A DNA stretch of 64,000 nucleotides from a bacterium (GTDB taxonomy: Bacteria; UBA8248). The first letter of the stretch is position 1. Every line of letters starts with the position of its first letter. Below are positions 58,490-64,000 of the stretch, piece after piece. Both the position numbers and the translations under genes were made by a program. The notes under the pieces are model-generated. The model saw only the letters and a program-made list of their open reading frames with translations, did no database searches and was not told the DNA's origin. The DNA lies in assembly GCA_965204535.1 (NCBI GenBank), contig CBDBEV010000001.1, positions 1,376,001-1,440,000 on the forward strand. Reading direction: 5' to 3'.

Positions 58490-61084
58490 ATGAGCCTCAC
58501 CTGTTCCCTCTTGCGTCTTCTCGCCTGGCGGCGCCTCAAGGAAGAGCCGTTTCGCCTGTTGCTCACTTTAGTAGGGGTGGCCCTGGGCGTCGCCGTGTTC
58601 ATCGCCGTCAAGATGGCGAACGAGACTTCCATCCGGGCATTCGAGAATAGTTTGGTCGCCATCTCGGGCAAGACGCAACTGGAAGTCTCCGCGGGCGGTC
58701 TGGGCGTGGATGAAAATCTCATCTTGAGGCTCCGGGCGATGCGGGAGGTGAAAAGGGCGGCGCCTGTCATTCAGCACCACGTCTGGATAAGAAAGGCGGA
58801 TGGCTCAGGGGCCAAATGGCGGCGCGGCGCCCCTTCGCAAGGACGCGCCGTCCTGGCCCTGGGCCTCGATTTGCTGGGGGACAACGATTTCAGGGGCTAT
58901 GAGTTCGAAAATAAGTATTCGCGCGAGGAAATTCTCTCGCGCATCGCCGACCCGCAGGGTCTGTTCATCGCCCGGGGGGTGGCGGATGCGCTGGGCGTCG
59001 GGCGGGGCGATTTCATCGAGGTCGAAGCCGCGCGAAGAATGCGCTTTCGCGTCCAGGGCGTCCTGAAGCCGGAAGGCATGGCGAAATCGATGGACGGCCG
59101 TCTCCTCGTCATGGACATCGGCGTCGCGCAAGAGGTGTTCGAGCGTTTCGGCCGTCTGGACAGGATCGATCTGATTCTCGAAGGTGAAGGCGAAATCGAA
59201 TCGATCCGCGAAAAAATCCGGCGCATTCTACCGCCCGGCGTAGTGGTTGATCGGCCCGCGCGGCGCGGACGCGACGTGGAGAAAATGCTGGCGTCGTTCC
59301 AACTCAATCTCACCGTGCTGAGCGTCATCGCGCTGCTGGTGGGTTGTTTTCTGATCTACAACACGATGTCGGCCTCGGTCTTGCGGCGAAGAGGCGAAAT
59401 CGCCACCCTGCGCTCACTCGGCATGACGGCGAGAGGAATCGTCTTCCTCTACGGGGCGGAGGCGCTTTGCATCGGTCTGGCGGGTTCAGGTCTTGGCGTT
59501 GCGACGGGGGCCTTCATGGCCCAGGGCGCGCTATCGTTCATCTCCCAGACGATCAGGAACCTCTACGCATTTCTGGAGGTGCGGCACGTTTTCTTCGGAG
59601 CGGCGGAGCTTCTTTGGGGATTCGGCGTAGGACTGGCCGTCGCTCTCGTATCGGGTCTTTTCCCGGCGATCGCGGCCTCGCGCCAGAGTCCCCACCAGGG
59701 CATTGTGGAGAGGCGGGGAATCGTGGAGGTGCGTCCCAAAGTTATTGCCGTTTTGATTGCAGGCGCCTTGATCACCGCTCTCTTCGCCTACTGGCTGAAT
59801 CTCCAGGCACTGGCGGGGGGAACCCCCTTACCCGGCTATCTCTCGGCGGCGGCGGTCATCCTGGCCGCCGCGCTCGCGAGTCTGCCGGTCGTCTTGTTTG
59901 GTTCGATCATCATCCGGCGGGTGCTGGGCGGCGTCTTGAAAGCCTGGCTCGCCGCGCACGGTCTGGGCAGGCATCCGCATCGAAACGCGGTCACGCTCTC
60001 CTCACTGGCCATCGCCGTGGCCATGCTGGTGAGCCTCATCATCATGATCGAGAGTTTCCGCGCCACGGTGGAAATCTGGACGCATCAGACGCTGAGAGCC
60101 GACTTCTACGCCGCGCCCGCATCGCGCTTCATCAAGGGTTCGAAGGCGAGCATTTCAGAAGACGCGATCCAGGCCATCGGCGGCGTTTCAGGCGTCGCGG
60201 CGGTCGGTGGCTTCCGGGCCGTTCGCCTGCCCTGGCGCGGGGAGCGCATCACGCTTGCGGGCGGTGATTTTCGCATTGAGGCCGAAAGGGGCAGGCGGTT
60301 GTTCCTGGAGGGCGACTCGAAAGAAACGATCACGAGGGCGAGGACGCGCGGCGAGGCGATAATCACCGAGACGTTCTCGAACTTCTACGGTGTCAAGAAA
60401 GGAGACCTCCTGCGCCTCCCTGCTCCGGGGGGCGAGGTCGCGGTGCGCATTGCGGGCGTGTATTACGATTACACTACGGACGGCGGGTTCGTCGTAGTGG
60501 ATCGCGAATTCCTGAAAAGACACTGGGGGGATGATCGCTTAAGCGCCCTGGCGATATATCTCACGGAAAACGCGCGACCCGACGCGGTGCGTAAATCGCT
60601 CGAAGAAGTTCTTGATCCCACCATGGTGCTCATCTCCAACAGGGGTCTCAAAAAGCGCGTATCGAACATCTTCGATCAGACGTTCGCCATCACCTATGCG
60701 CTGGAGTTCATCGCCGTTCTGGTGGCCCTGCTCGGCGTGGCCACGGGGCTGAGTTCGAACATACTGGAGCGCGTTCACGAAATCGGCGCGCTGCGCGCCA
60801 TGGGTTTGAACCGCAAGGGAATCATCAGCGCCATCATGGGGGAGGCGGTCATTCTGGGCGTACTCTCGGTTTTGGTCGGCCTTGCGGCGGGCGTGTGTCT
60901 GGCGGCCATCCTGATCTTCGTCGTCAACAAGCTCAGTTTCGGCTGGACGATCCAGTATATCTTCGCCTGGAAGGCGATGGCGGCTTATCTTCTCGTCGTG
61001 GTTCTCGCCTCGCTGGCGGCGAGTTGGCTTCCCGCGAGGGCAGCGGCGGGCATCCCCATTCGGGAGGCGTTGAGCGAGGAATGA
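58490..61084 (+). CDS. FtsX/MacB-like ABC permease with two permease modules
   Basis: GVALGVAV, RRGEIATLRSLGM and HEIGALRAMGL; ATG 58490 after GGAGG. Confidence 0.92.
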   Translation: MSLTCSLLRLLAWRRLKEEPFRLLLTLVGVALGVAVFIAVKMANETSIRAFENSLVAISGKTQLEVSAGGLGVDENLILRLRAMREVKRAAPVIQHHVWIRKADGSGAKWRRGAPSQGRAVLALGLDLLGDNDFRGYEFENKYSREEILSRIADPQGLFIARGVADALGVGRGDFIEVEAARRMRFRVQGVLKPEGMAKSMDGRLLVMDIGVAQEVFERFGRLDRIDLILEGEGEIESIREKIRRILPPGVVVDRPARRGRDVEKMLASFQLNLTVLSVIALLVGCFLIYNTMSASVLRRRGEIATLRSLGMTARGIVFLYGAEALCIGLAGSGLGVATGAFMAQGALSFISQTIRNLYAFLEVRHVFFGAAELLWGFGVGLAVALVSGLFPAIAASRQSPHQGIVERRGIVEVRPKVIAVLIAGALITALFAYWLNLQALAGGTPLPGYLSAAAVILAAALASLPVVLFGSIIIRRVLGGVLKAWLAAHGLGRHPHRNAVTLSSLAIAVAMLVSLIIMIESFRATVEIWTHQTLRADFYAAPASRFIKGSKASISEDAIQAIGGVSGVAAVGGFRAVRLPWRGERITLAGGDFRIEAERGRRLFLEGDSKETITRARTRGEAIITETFSNFYGVKKGDLLRLPAPGGEVAVRIAGVYYDYTTDGGFVVVDREFLKRHWGDDRLSALAIYLTENARPDAVRKSLEEVLDPTMVLISNRGLKKRVSNIFDQTFAITYALEFIAVLVALLGVATGLSSNILERVHEIGALRAMGLNRKGIISAIMGEAVILGVLSVLVGLAAGVCLAAILIFVVNKLSFGWTIQYIFAWKAMAAYLLVVVLASLAASWLPARAAAGIPIREALSEE

Positions 61085-62193
61085 AGAAACTTATTCCATC
61101 TCTTCTGGCCGCCGTCATCATCCTGGGCGCAGCGCCCGCGCATCCCGCAAACTGGCGGCAGGCGCTGCCCGGCTATCGCTACCAGTTTCCCAGAGACAAC
61201 GGCGCGCACCAGGCGTTCCGCACGGAGTGGTGGTATTTCTCGGGAAATTTGCAGGATGCCGAGGGCGGGAAATACCCCTTCATGCTCACGTTTTTCAGGG
61301 TGGGGCTTCGTCCGGGAGTGCCCCGGAAGTCGAAAAGCCGCTGGGCGCTCCGGAATCTCTATTTCGGGCATTTCTCGGTTCTTGACGCGAAGCGGAAGAA
61401 ACACCGGTTTTCGGAGCGAATCAGCCGGGGCGAACTCGATCAGGCGGGCGCGTCGGAGAAGGGTCTCAAAGTCTGGCTGCGCGACTGGCGCGCCGAAAGC
61501 ACGGGCGGGGAAGGCGAATCTTCGTTCCGTATAAGCGCGGCGGCGCCCGAGATGAAGCTGCGCCTCGATCTGAAGCCCGCGAAACCCCTCGTGATTCACG
61601 GCGAGGACGGAGTGAGCCGGAAGGCGCCGGGTCCCGGACGCTCCTCTCACTATTATTCGTATACGCGGCTTCTCGCATCGGGCGTCCTCGAATTGGAAGG
61701 AAGGAAGATTGAGGTGCATGGAACGGCGTGGATGGACCATGAGTTCGGCTCGAACCAGTTGACGAAGGATCAGGTGGGGTGGGACTGGCTGAGCCTCCAG
61801 TTGTCCGACGGCCGCGATTTGATGTTATATCTCATGAGACGAAAAGACGGGAGCGTGGAGCCCACGAGCAGCGGCACGCTGGTGGAGGCGGACGGCAGCG
61901 CACGGCATCTGCGCCTCGGGGATTTCCGCTTTCAGGGCACGGGTAGCTGGAAGAGCGAGCGAAGCGGCGCCGTCTATCCCATGGGATGGGAAGTCGAGGT
62001 TCCGGCGCACGGCCTTCGCTTGCGGTTGGAGCCTTACGCCCGCGCGCAGGAGATAGAGTCCAAGGGCAGCACGGGCATCACCTATTGGGAAGGGGGTGTT
62101 TTCGCCGAAGGCGCCTCGGGCGAAAAAAAGCCCACGGGGGTGGGCTTTGTCGAGATGACGGGGTACGCTCCCGAGGGACGACCCAAATTCTGA
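61081..62193 (+). CDS. Secreted AttH/CrtC-like lipocalin-fold protein
   Basis: Signal peptide, TEWWYFSG, AWMDHEF, GWDW, YWEG and GFVEMTGY; ATGA overlap with the permease gene. Confidence 0.88.
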   Translation: MKKLIPSLLAAVIILGAAPAHPANWRQALPGYRYQFPRDNGAHQAFRTEWWYFSGNLQDAEGGKYPFMLTFFRVGLRPGVPRKSKSRWALRNLYFGHFSVLDAKRKKHRFSERISRGELDQAGASEKGLKVWLRDWRAESTGGEGESSFRISAAAPEMKLRLDLKPAKPLVIHGEDGVSRKAPGPGRSSHYYSYTRLLASGVLELEGRKIEVHGTAWMDHEFGSNQLTKDQVGWDWLSLQLSDGRDLMLYLMRRKDGSVEPTSSGTLVEADGSARHLRLGDFRFQGTGSWKSERSGAVYPMGWEVEVPAHGLRLRLEPYARAQEIESKGSTGITYWEGGVFAEGASGEKKPTGVGFVEMTGYAPEGRPKF

Positions 62194-62242
62194 TTTTCAT
62201 ACTCCCCTCGGGGAAATGGCTTCGTATGTTTGGAGATGCGAG

Positions 62243-63139
62243 ATGACTGAAAGCGCGAATATCGGGATCGTAGGGCTCGGCCTCATGGGAACGGCCATGA
62301 GCCAGAAGCTGATGGAAGCGGGGCACCGGGTGCGCGGGTTCGACATCGACGGGAGCAGGCTCGATGCGCTCGCCGAGAACGGGGGCACGCCCACGGGCTC
62401 GGCGGCGGAGGCGGCGGAAGACGCGCAGTTCGTCATCATCTCCCTGCTCTACAGCCACGTCGTCCGCGAAAGCTGCCTGGGCGATGGGGGAATTGCGGGC
62501 GTGGCGCGGGACGGCCTCATCGTCATCGACACCTCGACTTCGAGTCCCGATGACTCCGAGAAACTCGGGAAAGACCTCCGCGCCCAAAACATCGGCTTTC
62601 TCGATGCGAGCCTGAGCGGTTCGCGCAACCAGGTGCTCGACGGGCAGATCGTCTCCGTCGTCGGGGGCGAGGAGAGCGATTTCGAGAAGGCGGAGCCGAT
62701 TCTGGCGACGTTCGCCCGCTCCATCCACCACATGGGGCCGTGCGGGGCGGGCGCGCGGACGAAGCTCGTCATCAATCTCGTGCTCGGCCTGACGCGCCTG
62801 GCACTTTCGGAAGGTCTCGTTCTGGGCATGAAATCCGGTCTTGAGATGGAAGGCCTGCTCGAAGTGCTCAAGGACAGCGCGGCCTACAGCAAGGCCATGG
62901 ACCAGCGCGGCCCCCGGATGATCCACGCGGATTACGATAATCCCCTCTCGCGCATCAAACAACACCACAAGGACGTGCGGCTCATGCTGGAGCAGGGCCA
63001 GAAGCTCGGCTCCCCCATGCTGCTCAGTTCCGTGCACCAGCAGGTGCTCCAGGCCGCAGAGTATGGCGGGCTCGCCGATGCGGACACATCGGCCATCATC
63101 GAGGTATTCAGGCGCATGGCGGGCATCCCCTCCCGCTAG
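62243..63139 (+). CDS. NAD(P)-dependent beta-hydroxyacid dehydrogenase family protein
   Basis: IVGLGLMG, IDTST, FLDASLSG, GARTKLVIN and KDV. Confidence 0.9.
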   Translation: MTESANIGIVGLGLMGTAMSQKLMEAGHRVRGFDIDGSRLDALAENGGTPTGSAAEAAEDAQFVIISLLYSHVVRESCLGDGGIAGVARDGLIVIDTSTSSPDDSEKLGKDLRAQNIGFLDASLSGSRNQVLDGQIVSVVGGEESDFEKAEPILATFARSIHHMGPCGAGARTKLVINLVLGLTRLALSEGLVLGMKSGLEMEGLLEVLKDSAAYSKAMDQRGPRMIHADYDNPLSRIKQHHKDVRLMLEQGQKLGSPMLLSSVHQQVLQAAEYGGLADADTSAIIEVFRRMAGIPSR

Positions 63140-63175
63140 GCGTATGGCTCATACACATTGGAAGGACTCGCAGAC

Positions 63176-64000
63176 ATGGTGAAAAGAATATCCCCGGTCG
63201 TACTGAAGGAATTGATGGAGAGCTCCCGCGCCCACGCCGTGCTCGACGTGCGCGACCCGATGGAGTTTCACGAAAAGCAGATATTCATGACCACGAACGC
63301 CCCGCGCGGCGAGATTGAGTTTCTGGCCGCGCGCCTCGTGCCCGTCAAAGCGACGCCCGTGGTGTGCATGGATGAGGGCGGTTCGAGGGCGGAGCATGTC
63401 GCGGCGCTTCTCGAAGAGTGCGGCTATACGGACGTCTCTGTGCTCGAAGGCGGCCTGGGCGCGTGGGAGGCGCAGGCGTATCCGACGGCTTCGGGAACGA
63501 ACGTGCCGAGCAAGGACTTCGGCGAGCGGATTCACGTGGAAAACGAGGTGCCCGAGATTACGGCGCGAGAGCTATATGAGCTGATCGAGAGCGATGCGCC
63601 GCCGCGCATATTCGACACGAGGACGGAAGTGGAGTTCGAGCGCTTCTGCGTCCCTACCGGGCGGAGCCTGCCCGGGGGCGAACTCATCCTCCACGCATGG
63701 GACCTGGACCAGGACAGGGAGACGCCCCTCATCATCAACTGCGCGGGCCGCACCCGCAGCATCATCGGCACGCAGGCGCTTCACCGGCTGGGCGTCACGC
63801 ACGCGCGCGCGCTCAAAAACGGCGGCATGGGCATCATGCTGGAAGGCTTGCAACTCGATGAGGGGAAACCAAGCGAGATTCCCGCTCCCTCAGACCAAAG
63901 CCGCGCCCACGGGGAGGTGCTCGGCGCGCAGGTGGCCGAAGAGGAGGGGATTCCCTTCGTCTCGGTCGATGAGCTTCGCGCGCTTCAGGCGGAAGCCGAC
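63176..64000 (+). CDS. Multi-domain rhodanese-like sulfurtransferase (3' truncated by the window; absent from the ORF track)
   Basis: Manual translation from ATG 63176: MVKRISP...VLDVRDP...LEGGLGAW...NVPSKDFGE...NCAGRTRSIIG...LKNGGMG; open to the window end. Confidence 0.88.
   Translation, partial: MVKRISPVVLKELMESSRAHAVLDVRDPMEFHEKQIFMTTNAPRGEIEFLAARLVPVKATPVVCMDEGGSRAEHVAALLEECGYTDVSVLEGGLGAWEAQAYPTASGTNVPSKDFGERIHVENEVPEITARELYELIESDAPPRIFDTRTEVEFERFCVPTGRSLPGGELILHAWDLDQDRETPLIINCAGRTRSIIGTQALHRLGVTHARALKNGGMGIMLEGLQLDEGKPSEIPAPSDQSRAHGEVLGAQVAEEEGIPFVSVDELRALQAEAD

Overview
A GC-rich chromosomal segment of a diderm bacterium (a deltaproteobacteria/Nitrospinota-like affiliation is inference only). 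Housekeeping content: coaX-birA-valS with a RomR-like receiver gene, mltG-yqgF-TolC, ribF, tRNA-Leu(CAG), a heat-shock cluster (clpB, dnaK, cbpA-like dnaJ, hspR-like, htpX, grpE, dnaJ), rpoZ, HU/IHF, queA, a TrmJ-family methyltransferase and 2-oxoacid:ferredoxin oxidoreductase alpha/beta. Four signals stand out. (1) Two convergent probable selenoprotein genes that the ORF track truncates: an ArsC/thioredoxin-fold UxxC protein (18513-18863) and a B12-type radical SAM protein with a CUAEP tail (18880-20334). Each has a SECIS-like hairpin. (2) Nested palindromic repeats fill many intergenic gaps. Two IS1182-family copies sit in the loops of C-run/G-run hairpins with 5-bp duplications, and non-autonomous elements with IS1182-like ends carry REP-like cargo and supply new stop codons to host genes. 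(3) A molybdopterin oxidoreductase complex with no Tat signal and a fused Fe-S/NrfD subunit. (4) An OmpA/MotB-domain protein with about 700 aa of heptad-quantised coiled-coil repeats. No CRISPR array, rRNA or prophage was seen. All calls come from reading the sequence; no database search was run.
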